Assembly: GCA_025358435.1 (NCBI GenBank)
Contig: JANYJQ010000052.1
Coordinates: forward strand, 1-59,219
Direction: 5' to 3'
DNA: 59,219 nucleotides
From: Holophagaceae bacterium
GTDB lineage: Bacteria > Acidobacteriota > Holophagae > Holophagales > Holophagaceae
This document shows positions 48,456 to 56,670 of the stretch, in pieces (within the stretch, counting starts at the first letter, position 1; every line of letters begins with the position of its first letter). The notes beneath the pieces were generated by a model. That model was given only the letters and a program-made list of their open reading frames with translations. It did no database searches and was not told the origin of the DNA. The position numbers and the translations under genes were made by a program.

Positions 48456-51400
48456 TCAGTCCAATTCTGGCTCTGTCGCATCGACCGTTTCGATCACTTC
48501 ACCGTTGAACTTCCGCTTGAACCAGGCGAGCAATCTGCCAAGGCTCCAGTCGTCCAGGATCTCGTAGAAGACCGGCACAATGATGAGGGTGAGCATGGTG
48601 GAGGTGATGATGCCGCCGACCACCGCGCGAGCCATGGGCGCGCGCATCTCCGCGCCCGCGCCCAGCGCCAGGAATAGGGGCAGCATGCCGCCGATCATGG
48701 CGAAGGTCGTCATGAGGATGGGCCTGAGCCGTGTCATGCCCGCCTTGATGAGAGCATCGGTGCGGTTCATCCCTTCCTTCTGGAGCTGGATAGCGTAGTC
48801 CACCAGCAGGATCGCGTTCTTCGTCACCAGGCCCATGAGCAGGATCTGGCCGATGCTGGTCATCATGCTCATGTTGTCGCCGGTGATCAGCAGCATCATG
48901 ACCATGCCCACCATGGAGAGCGGGAGGCTCAGCATGATCGTGATGGGCAGCTTGAAGCTCTCGAACTGCGACGCCAGCACGAAGTAGATGAAAAAGATCG
49001 CCAGCAGCATCGAGGTAGCCATGTACCCGGCGGTTTCCTTGGAGTCCCGCGCCTGGCCGAGAATCTCGACTTTCACGCCTTCTGGCAGCTGGCCGGATTT
49101 CTTGAACTCCGCGATCTTCTTGGCGACGCCATCGCTCACTTCCTGCAAGGTGTTGCCTTCGAAATTACAGGAGACTTCCACTTCTTCCTGAAGGTCGTGG
49201 CGCTGAATCTTCGCGGGTGCGATGGACTCCTCGAAACGCACCACCTGATCCAGGCGCACCATGGGATGTTTGCCACCGCCAAGGTCCTTAGTGCTCTCCA
49301 CAGACATGGCCGAAAGCTGCGCAGCGAGACGCCGTCCCTGGTCCGACAGGCGCACGCGCACATCCCGCTGCTCTCCGCGTTCGTCTTCATACTTGGCCAC
49401 GACCTGTCCATCCACCAGAGGCCTGACGAGCTGCGCCACCAAGGCCGGCGATACACCCAGATCGCTTGCGATCTTCCGATCCACCACAAGTTTCAACTCG
49501 GGCTTGCCTGAGTCCTGGCTGGTCCAGACGTCCACGGCTCCAGGAACGCTGATGAGCGCCTGTTTGACGAGCGGCGCGGCCCACATCACCGCGTCGCGGT
49601 CAAGGCCCTCCACCGCCAGCATGATCGGCCGCTGGTTGCCGAAATCGCTCACGGCGCTGACCGAGGTCTCCACGCCAGCCACTGTGCGGAATGCCTCCCT
49701 CAGGTGGCGGCGGATCCAAACGTGCTTGGGCCGTTTGCCATCCTTCAATTTCACGTACACTCCGCCCGTGTTGATGGTGCCGCCCAATCCAGTGCCGATG
49801 GTGCTGTAGGCCTGCTCGACTCCCGCTGTCGCGATCACGATGGCCTCCAATTCCATTGCCTTCCTTTTCGTGGCTTCCATGCTGGAGCCGGGCTCTGTTT
49901 TGAACGTGATCTGCAGATCGCCGCGATCAAAATCGGGCATGAAGTTGTTGCCAAGGAGGCCGATCAACCCGATGGCCAGGAAGAAGCTGCCGAAGCCGAT
50001 CCCCATCACGCTCCAGCGGTGCGCCAGGCTCCATGTGATGACTTTCTTGTAAAACAGTTCCCAGCCGTCCAGCACGCGCCCGAAGGCCTCGGCCGCCCGC
50101 ATGATGGGGTTGCGGCCCTTGTAATGCACATGCCCATCGGCACTCTTTTCGTGCTCCGGGTCGGGCCACACGGAACTGAGCATGGGGTCCAATGTGAAAC
50201 TCACGAAAAGGCTCACTGCCACGGCGAATGCGACGGTGATTCCGAAGGGGAAAAAGAACTTGCCCACGATTCCGCCCATGAAGGCCACGGGCACGAACAC
50301 CGCGAGAATGGACATGGTGGTGGCGATGACCGCGGGTCCGATCTCGGCGGTGCCTTCCCGCGCCGCCGTGACGTGGTCCTTGCCCATTTCCGCGTGGCGC
50401 GTGATGTTCTCGCGCACCACGATGGCATCGTCGATCAGGATGCCGATGGCGAGGCTCAGGCCCATCAGCGTCATGGTGTTCAGGGTGAAGTCCAGGACTC
50501 TCATGATGATGAAGGTCGAGATCACGGACACCGGCAGCGTGAGGCTGGTGATGAGCGTCGAACGCCAGGATTTCAAGAAGAAGAACACGATGATCACCGT
50601 GAGCAGACCGCCCAGGTAGATGCTGATGTTGACGTCTTCCACGGACTGGTGGATGAAACGCGCATTGTCGCGGGCCTTCACCACCGCGATGCCCAGCTTC
50701 GCAAGCTCAGGATTCATCACATCCAGGGCCTTATCCACGTTGGCCACCATGGCCACGGTGTTGCCGCCGGTCTGGCGCTGGAGTTCCAGAGCCACCACAT
50801 CCTGGCCATTGAACCTCGCCAGGCTGCGCTTCTCCTTGAAGCCATCCACGATGGTGGCGACCTCCCACAGCTCCACGGGGCGGCCCTGCTTGTTGCCCAC
50901 GATGACATGGCGGAAGTCATCCACGGATTTCGCTTTGGCGTCCACCTTCACGGCCACTTCCCGGGTGGCCTGCAACAGATTGCCGGAAGGCATGTCCTTG
51001 GTGTCATTGCTCAAGGCTCCCATCACTTTGGGCAGGGAAAGGCCGATGGCTTCGAGCTTCGCGGGATCCACCTGCACCTGGATCTCCCGGGTGCTGCCGC
51101 CCACCACGTCCACTCGGCCCACACCGTTCACGTTCTCCAGGCGGCGTTTCAGAAAATCCTCTGCGACGCGGGTGAGCTCCCGGTTCCCCATGCCCGAGTG
51201 CTGTCCGTCGGCGCCCACGACCAGCGAGACGACCGGCAATTGGGCAGGATCGAATTTGGAGATGACCGGTTCTTCCATGGTGCTGGGGAGGTCGCGCCGG
51301 ATCTGGGCGATGCGCGTGCGGACATCATCCAGCGCCTTGTCAACGTCGCGTCCCAACTGGAACTGGATCATCAAGGTGCCCACGGACTCCTGGCTGGTGC

Positions 51401-51644
51401 TGGATATCTCCTTGATCTTTTCGATGGGGTTGACCGCTTCCTCGATCCGTTTCACCACGTCCTGCTTCACGGCCTCCGGTGAAGCGCCGGGGTACACGAT
51501 GGAAACGGTGATGACTGGAATATCGGTGTTGGGAAACTGGTCGATGCCGATGTTCTTCACACTGAAAAGGCCCAGGACCACCAGCGCGAGCATGATGCAG
51601 ACCGTCGTGACAGGCCTGCGGATGGAGAAATCCGAAAGGAACAT
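48456..51644 (-). CDS. RND-family efflux transporter, inner-membrane permease (AcrB/MexB-like)
   Basis: 1062 aa. FSIRRPVTTVCIMLALVVLG N-terminus and a 12-TM, two-large-loop architecture. Confidence 0.95.
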   Translation of the reverse strand: MFLSDFSIRRPVTTVCIMLALVVLGLFSVKNIGIDQFPNTDIPVITVSIVYPGASPEAVKQDVVKRIEEAVNPIEKIKEISSTSQESVGTLMIQFQLGRDVDKALDDVRTRIAQIRRDLPSTMEEPVISKFDPAQLPVVSLVVGADGQHSGMGNRELTRVAEDFLKRRLENVNGVGRVDVVGGSTREIQVQVDPAKLEAIGLSLPKVMGALSNDTKDMPSGNLLQATREVAVKVDAKAKSVDDFRHVIVGNKQGRPVELWEVATIVDGFKEKRSLARFNGQDVVALELQRQTGGNTVAMVANVDKALDVMNPELAKLGIAVVKARDNARFIHQSVEDVNISIYLGGLLTVIIVFFFLKSWRSTLITSLTLPVSVISTFIIMRVLDFTLNTMTLMGLSLAIGILIDDAIVVRENITRHAEMGKDHVTAAREGTAEIGPAVIATTMSILAVFVPVAFMGGIVGKFFFPFGITVAFAVAVSLFVSFTLDPMLSSVWPDPEHEKSADGHVHYKGRNPIMRAAEAFGRVLDGWELFYKKVITWSLAHRWSVMGIGFGSFFLAIGLIGLLGNNFMPDFDRGDLQITFKTEPGSSMEATKRKAMELEAIVIATAGVEQAYSTIGTGLGGTINTGGVYVKLKDGKRPKHVWIRRHLREAFRTVAGVETSVSAVSDFGNQRPIMLAVEGLDRDAVMWAAPLVKQALISVPGAVDVWTSQDSGKPELKLVVDRKIASDLGVSPALVAQLVRPLVDGQVVAKYEDERGEQRDVRVRLSDQGRRLAAQLSAMSVESTKDLGGGKHPMVRLDQVVRFEESIAPAKIQRHDLQEEVEVSCNFEGNTLQEVSDGVAKKIAEFKKSGQLPEGVKVEILGQARDSKETAGYMATSMLLAIFFIYFVLASQFESFKLPITIMLSLPLSMVGMVMMLLITGDNMSMMTSIGQILLMGLVTKNAILLVDYAIQLQKEGMNRTDALIKAGMTRLRPILMTTFAMIGGMLPLFLALGAGAEMRAPMARAVVGGIITSTMLTLIIVPVFYEILDDWSLGRLLAWFKRKFNGEVIETVDATEPELD

Positions 51645-51647
51645 GGA

Positions 51648-52796
51648 TCACTTCCCTTCGGGTTTGGCAGCGGATTTTGGCGCGGCATCGGATCCGCCCG
51701 GGACGATCTGGAGTTTGCTTCCGTCCCTCACAAGATCCTGCCCCGTGGCGACCACTTTAGTCCCCGCCGGAACTCCATCCAGCGGACGGTAGCCATCCTG
51801 CTCTGGACCCACGAACACGCTCTTCTTTTTCGCGACGCCGTTTTCCACCACGTACAAATCGCCATTCTGGCCTTCGACCTTTATGAGCGAGGCCGGGATC
51901 GCAGGCCGCTGGGTCTGGCCGTTCCCCAAGATCAGGCCTTCCACGAACACGCCGCTTTTCAGTTGGCGGTCGGTGTTGGGAACTTCCATGCGCACGTGCA
52001 GGTTGCGACCGTCCGGCGAGAGCACCGGGCTTACCTGGGTCAGCGTGCCCGTGAAAGACTGTTGAAATCCAGGAACGCGGAAATGCACGCTCTGACCGGG
52101 TTTCACCAGGGCCATGGCATTGGCGGGGAGATCCGCCTGGATCTCCAGTTTGCGGTTGTCGACCACTTCGAACACGTTCTGGCCAGCCATAAGAACGTCA
52201 CCTGCCTGCACCATGCGGCGGGCCACCTGGCCATCGAAGGGTGCCAGGATGCGGGCCTTTTTCATGCGCACTTTGGCCATGCCCGCCTGGCTTTCGGCGG
52301 CCTGCACAGCTGCGGCAGAGGCGTTGTTCGCGGTCTCCGCCACTTGCGCCGCCTGATGTGTGATGCTGCGCTTTTCAAGCAGCGTCTGAGCTCTTTCAGC
52401 GTCCCGCTTGGCTTGCAGAGCCTGGGCTTGTGCCTGGGCCAGCTGGGCTTCGGCGGATTGCGCGGCCAAGGAAAGATCGTCCTCATCCTGAGTTGAAAGC
52501 ACGGCTCCGGCCCTTACGGTGTCGCCTTCCTGGACCAGAACGCGCGTCACACGGCCCGGCACCTCAGCCTTCAGTTCGGCGCGATTCATCGCCAGCAGGT
52601 TCCCGGTGAACGGGATGCTGGGGCTGAAGGGACGGCTTTCCACCGTGGCAAGGGTGACGGCCACCAGCCCCTCTGCTTTGACCTGGCTCTGGTGGCTCAG
52701 TTCCGCATTGCGTTGGCTTCGGTGGTAGGTGGCGGCGCCCGTGATGACGACCAGGACCGCGATGCCGATGACTAGGGCTTTCTTTTGCATATTCAA
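51648..52796 (-). CDS. RND efflux periplasmic adaptor (membrane fusion protein, HlyD/AcrA family)
   Basis: N-terminal TM anchor, coiled-coil hairpin (AQLAQAQAQALQAKRDAERAQ), and barrel-sandwich and beta-barrel segments. 3 nt from the RND gene. Confidence 0.9.
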   Translation of the reverse strand: MNMQKKALVIGIAVLVVITGAATYHRSQRNAELSHQSQVKAEGLVAVTLATVESRPFSPSIPFTGNLLAMNRAELKAEVPGRVTRVLVQEGDTVRAGAVLSTQDEDDLSLAAQSAEAQLAQAQAQALQAKRDAERAQTLLEKRSITHQAAQVAETANNASAAAVQAAESQAGMAKVRMKKARILAPFDGQVARRMVQAGDVLMAGQNVFEVVDNRKLEIQADLPANAMALVKPGQSVHFRVPGFQQSFTGTLTQVSPVLSPDGRNLHVRMEVPNTDRQLKSGVFVEGLILGNGQTQRPAIPASLIKVEGQNGDLYVVENGVAKKKSVFVGPEQDGYRPLDGVPAGTKVVATGQDLVRDGSKLQIVPGGSDAAPKSAAKPEGK

Positions 52797-52836
52797 CTCC
52801 GGAAAACGACTTCAGTTCGTCCAATTTTTACAATTC

Positions 52837-54126
52837 TCAAAGAGGAGGCAGGCCCAGGCTGCGGCGTTCATCAAACAGCGCCGCCCACACGCCCAACTGG
52901 GCACGGACCCGCCCGCTTTCCATCTGCCGCTCGGTGCGTTCAGCCTGAAGCAGGTCCAAAGAGGTGATCAAGCCCTGATCGAAGGATTCACGGCTGACCC
53001 GAAGCGCTTCATTCCCTGCATCGTGAGCCTTGGTGGCGGCTTCAAGCAGTGCGATGGCCTTCTGGATTTCACGCCGTGCCGTCTGCTGCTGCACCTGGAT
53101 CTGGCGCTCCAGATCCACCTTCTGCTGCCGCACCTGCTCCAGCACGGCGCGGTTCTGAGCCCGCTTGCCGGAGCTGCGCAAGCCATCGAACACCGGTATT
53201 TTCAGGGTCAAGTTGAGACGCCAGGTTTCGTAGGGTTCATGGAACAGGTTGTCCGTCTTCCCGGTCTGCCATCCATAATTTGCATTCAAATCCAGTTTTG
53301 GCTTCAGGTCCGAGGAAAGGATGCGGTCATTGATGACGATCGCTTTCTCCTGCTGCTCCAGCTGCGTGAGTTCGCTGCGGGACACGCCCTGTAAGTCTTT
53401 GGGGATTTCAGGCCCCAGAAGTTTTTCCAGCTGCAGCGGAGTGCGAGGATCCAGGCCCAGTTGTCCATCAAGAACCTCCAACGCCCGTTCAAAATCAGCC
53501 TTGGCCTGTAGCACATCCGGGATGACACCCTGGAGCTCCGCCTGGGCCCGCAACAGATCCAACTGTGTGGCGCTTTGGGCGTCCAGTTTAGATGTCACGT
53601 CTTCAAGAAATTGTTCAGATGTTTTCATGCGTGCCGCCACCACATCCAGCTGGGCCTCAGCCCCCATCACCGCGAGATAGGCCTTGGCGACGCCATGCAG
53701 GGTGTCCAGCTCGGCCGTGGAGTATGCCGCCTGGGCTTCGCGCTCTCCAACCTTGGCCACTTCCACGGCGCTGTTCAGTTTCCCGAAATAAAAGAGCGGC
53801 TGGCTCAGGCTGAGTTGAGTGGTGTAGAAACTGCGTGGGGAAACGAGGCTGTTCCTGTCGAGATTGAACTGCGCCAGAGTGTCTCCAAAGCTGCTGTTGA
53901 GGATCGAGACATCCCGGTTGCGCGTGAAATCCGCAGTGGCGTTGAACTGGGGAAGCGCATCGGCACGGGTCGCCGTGATGAGGCCGCGGCGCTCATCCAC
54001 GCGCGCTGCGGCAGCCCTCAGCAGCGCATTCTGGTCCTTGGCGCGGGCGAGCGCACTTTTCAAATCAAAGTGCAGTGGTGCGTGGGCAGGTGCTTCGGCC
54101 ACCTGGGCCGGGGGCATGGGCAGCAT
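52837..54126 (-). CDS. TolC/OprM-family outer membrane factor, apparently lacking a signal peptide
   Basis: Two OEP repeats (LDLLRAQAE ..., LDLLQAERTE ...). The start ATG has AAGGAG 7 nt upstream. The N-terminus MLPMPPAQVAEAPAHAPLHF is not hydrophobic. Confidence 0.85.
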   Translation of the reverse strand: MLPMPPAQVAEAPAHAPLHFDLKSALARAKDQNALLRAAAARVDERRGLITATRADALPQFNATADFTRNRDVSILNSSFGDTLAQFNLDRNSLVSPRSFYTTQLSLSQPLFYFGKLNSAVEVAKVGEREAQAAYSTAELDTLHGVAKAYLAVMGAEAQLDVVAARMKTSEQFLEDVTSKLDAQSATQLDLLRAQAELQGVIPDVLQAKADFERALEVLDGQLGLDPRTPLQLEKLLGPEIPKDLQGVSRSELTQLEQQEKAIVINDRILSSDLKPKLDLNANYGWQTGKTDNLFHEPYETWRLNLTLKIPVFDGLRSSGKRAQNRAVLEQVRQQKVDLERQIQVQQQTARREIQKAIALLEAATKAHDAGNEALRVSRESFDQGLITSLDLLQAERTERQMESGRVRAQLGVWAALFDERRSLGLPPL

Positions 54127-54127
54127 G

Positions 54128-54790
54128 TCAAGCTCCTTGCGGCGCGACGCCGAGGGCGCGCAGGGTGTGGTCGGTGAGGAAGCGGCTGAGACTCACCGAA
54201 TCAGGCGGGAAAGCCGAGCCCGCGTTGAGTTTGATGATCGCTGGAATGAATTTGTAGATCATGGCGCTGCCATGGATGGCTGCCATGGCATAGAGGGTTT
54301 CCATCTCGCCCCAATCCGGCCGGAGGATCCGCACGCAATCCCTCAGGTGTGTGAAATAGGGCAGCATGAAATCCCGGTTGAGCTCTTCAAGAAAGGGTCC
54401 CCCAACCGCCAGTTCCCTCATGAGCAGCGAGCTGGAAGCCTTCATCAGCGGATCGCAATCGCGCATCAGCAGCTCGTCCACAAACACGCGGATGTGGTCC
54501 TGGATTCCTTTCAACGCCAGTTCTTTCGCTTGAGGATGGCTGGGAAGCGGAATCGGGGCTAATTGTGCGACTTGACTGGGGCAACGCTCGAAGCCCGCCC
54601 TCAACACGGCCAGATAGAGACCCTCTTTCCCCCCAAAGTGGTAAGCCACCATGGCGCTGTTGGCATGGGCTGCTGAAGCGATCTCCCGAAGCCCTACACC
54701 ATCGAAACCCTTCTCTGCGAAGAGGAGCGTCGCCGCTTCCACAAGGCGGAGCTTGATGTCGTGTGGCAAGTCATTGAGGGGTTGCACCAT
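54128..54790 (-). CDS. TetR/AcrR-family transcriptional repressor, first gene of the efflux operon
   Basis: HTH block RLVEAATLLFAEKGFDGVGLREIASAAHANSAMVAYHFGGKEGL. The stop lies 1 nt before the OMF start. The start is taken at the Met at 54790. Confidence 0.9.
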   Translation of the reverse strand: MVQPLNDLPHDIKLRLVEAATLLFAEKGFDGVGLREIASAAHANSAMVAYHFGGKEGLYLAVLRAGFERCPSQVAQLAPIPLPSHPQAKELALKGIQDHIRVFVDELLMRDCDPLMKASSSLLMRELAVGGPFLEELNRDFMLPYFTHLRDCVRILRPDWGEMETLYAMAAIHGSAMIYKFIPAIIKLNAGSAFPPDSVSLSRFLTDHTLRALGVAPQGA

Positions 54791-54803
54791 GGATCCCACT
54801 GAG

Positions 54804-54858
54804 TTAATCAATCGAATGATTAGTTCGAGACGAACAGAATTAATCAATCGTTTGATTG
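54804..54858. promoter_or_regulatory. Two copies of a candidate TetR operator, separated by a palindrome
   Basis: TTAATCAATCGAATGATT (54804-54821) and TTAATCAATCGTTTGATT (54840-54857). Each contains AATCA-N6-TGATT. GTTCG-AGA-CGAAC lies at 54824-54836. All sit 14-68 nt upstream of the tetR start, in a divergent spacer. Confidence 0.55.
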
Positions 54859-54917
54859 AGTCAAGATAAAAAATTCATGATATTTCTGGATGGCCCGCAA
54901 AGCCACTGGAGTTGCCG

Positions 54918-55283
54918 ATGTTGCTCTTCTACGTTTTCTATTACGTGCTCTTTACCCTGATGGTTTTTCAAGGCCTCCATATCGCCTCTGAAGTGGCGGA
55001 TCCATTGGGCACAGTGCCCGAAGAAGTAGGACAGACATCCACCTCAAGCCTGGCCTGGGGCAGCTTCCTGGTGGCCTATGGCACGCTTTGCCTCGTTATC
55101 AGCCTGCTCAGCCATCCCTATGAATACTTTGTCTCGGCTCTGCGCCCGCTCATGGGCACAGGCATGGTGACCGTGGCACTCTTCAGCGCCTGGGTGGTTT
55201 TCAAAGGACGCACCGTGACCTACATGGGTGAAGCCGCAGTGGACCTCGGGCACGGGGGCCATTCAGATAACGGCCACTCCTAG
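54918..55283 (+). CDS. Small hypothetical membrane protein, divergent from tetR
   Basis: Three to four hydrophobic segments (LLFYVFYYVLFTLMVF, AWGSFLVAYGTLCLVISLL, GMVTVALFSAWVVF). The start is either TTG at 54912 or ATG at 54918. Confidence 0.4.
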   Translation: MLLFYVFYYVLFTLMVFQGLHIASEVADPLGTVPEEVGQTSTSSLAWGSFLVAYGTLCLVISLLSHPYEYFVSALRPLMGTGMVTVALFSAWVVFKGRTVTYMGEAAVDLGHGGHSDNGHS

Positions 55284-55346
55284 CAGATCGGTTCCAAGCG
55301 GAGCCGCTGGACCAAAACGGCGTAGCCCTTCAGATGGCCGGTAAAC

Positions 55347-56498
55347 CTACGCGTAAACCAAAGCGGTACAAACTTCAGTCCTGGCGGCGCGCCATTCTTC
55401 CCACGCCGCATGAAGTTCCAAGCGATGCTGCGCCATGGCGGCCTTCCACTCGGCCTTGGCGTGGCGCCATTGTTCAGCCTTGGCAAGACCCATCGATTTC
55501 CATTCGGCCTTCCGGGCTTCCCAGGCTTCGTGTTTTTCCTGAATGGAGGCAAGAGCTGCATCCACCCGCAGCCGTGCGACAGCAAGGCGTTCCTGCAAGG
55601 GCGTTGCCACGGCAGGGCTGGCGATGATCAAACGCTCCCGCAATTGTTTTTCTTCCATTTGAAGACGAGCCCGGCGCATGGCCGCTGCGCTGACCCGGCG
55701 CAACTTGGTGACGAGGCCCATCCATGACATCACGCTCAGCAGCCATTTGGTTGTGTCCCACTGGTACCACCGCACACCATTGCGGTAGTCCCACTGCCAC
55801 ATGTGGTGGAAGTTGTGATAGCCCTCGCCGTAGGTCAAGGGGGCTAGCACCCAGTTGTCGCGGGCGGTGTTGGCGTCGGTATAGGGGCGGCTTCCGAACA
55901 TGTGGGCGGCGGAATTGATGAGGAAGGTCGTGTGGTGGGTGAGCACGATGCGAAGCGATAGGCCCATCACGAGGTAGGCCCAGAAATGTCCGGTCACCAG
56001 TCCGAGATAAAGCGGAATGCAAGCCACCACGGCACCGATGAGAAAATGGTTGCGATGCTGCCACATCACCAGTGGATCCTTTTGTAGATCCGCCACGCCG
56101 GACACGCTGCTCTCCTTTTCTTCCATGACCCAGACCCAGTGCGCGTACCAGAAACCCTTCTGAATGGTGTAGGGATCCTTCTCTGTGTCCACGAATTGGT
56201 GGTGCAAACGGTGATCCGAAGCCCACTTCAAGGCTGAATTCTCAAAACTCGCGGCGCCGAAACAGAGCAGCAGGAATCGCACCGGCCAGGTGGCCTGAAA
56301 AGCGCGGTGGGAAAACAGCCGGTGATAGCCCGCACTGATCGCCGTGCCGATGGCGAACACCATGGCGGCGCAAAGCGCTATTTCGGTCCAATGAACCCCC
56401 TGAATTGCGACCTTCACAGGCACGAGCACCGCCGCAACCGCGAGTGTGCCTACCAAGAACGAAACGTTTAGAACACTCCAGCGGGAGCGTATCGGCAT
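55347..56498 (-). CDS. Membrane acyl-CoA/acyl-lipid Delta9-type fatty acid desaturase with a ~110-aa helical C-terminal extension
   Basis: Three His boxes (HRLFSHR, HRLHHQF, HNFHHMW). Confidence 0.9.
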   Translation of the reverse strand: MPIRSRWSVLNVSFLVGTLAVAAVLVPVKVAIQGVHWTEIALCAAMVFAIGTAISAGYHRLFSHRAFQATWPVRFLLLCFGAASFENSALKWASDHRLHHQFVDTEKDPYTIQKGFWYAHWVWVMEEKESSVSGVADLQKDPLVMWQHRNHFLIGAVVACIPLYLGLVTGHFWAYLVMGLSLRIVLTHHTTFLINSAAHMFGSRPYTDANTARDNWVLAPLTYGEGYHNFHHMWQWDYRNGVRWYQWDTTKWLLSVMSWMGLVTKLRRVSAAAMRRARLQMEEKQLRERLIIASPAVATPLQERLAVARLRVDAALASIQEKHEAWEARKAEWKSMGLAKAEQWRHAKAEWKAAMAQHRLELHAAWEEWRAARTEVCTALVYA

Positions 56499-56670
56499 GA
56501 ACTACTCCTGAACAGCCCAACCTTGCAGGCGAGGCCTCTATCAAGCATAACCCTCCTTTATGTACGTACGGCGTGACTTCATCTTCACAACACTTAACCC
56601 CAACATTTTCATTGAAATTGCTATTATTCCTGCCACCAGCCACACCTTCGATTCCCGGTAGAGGATTCCT

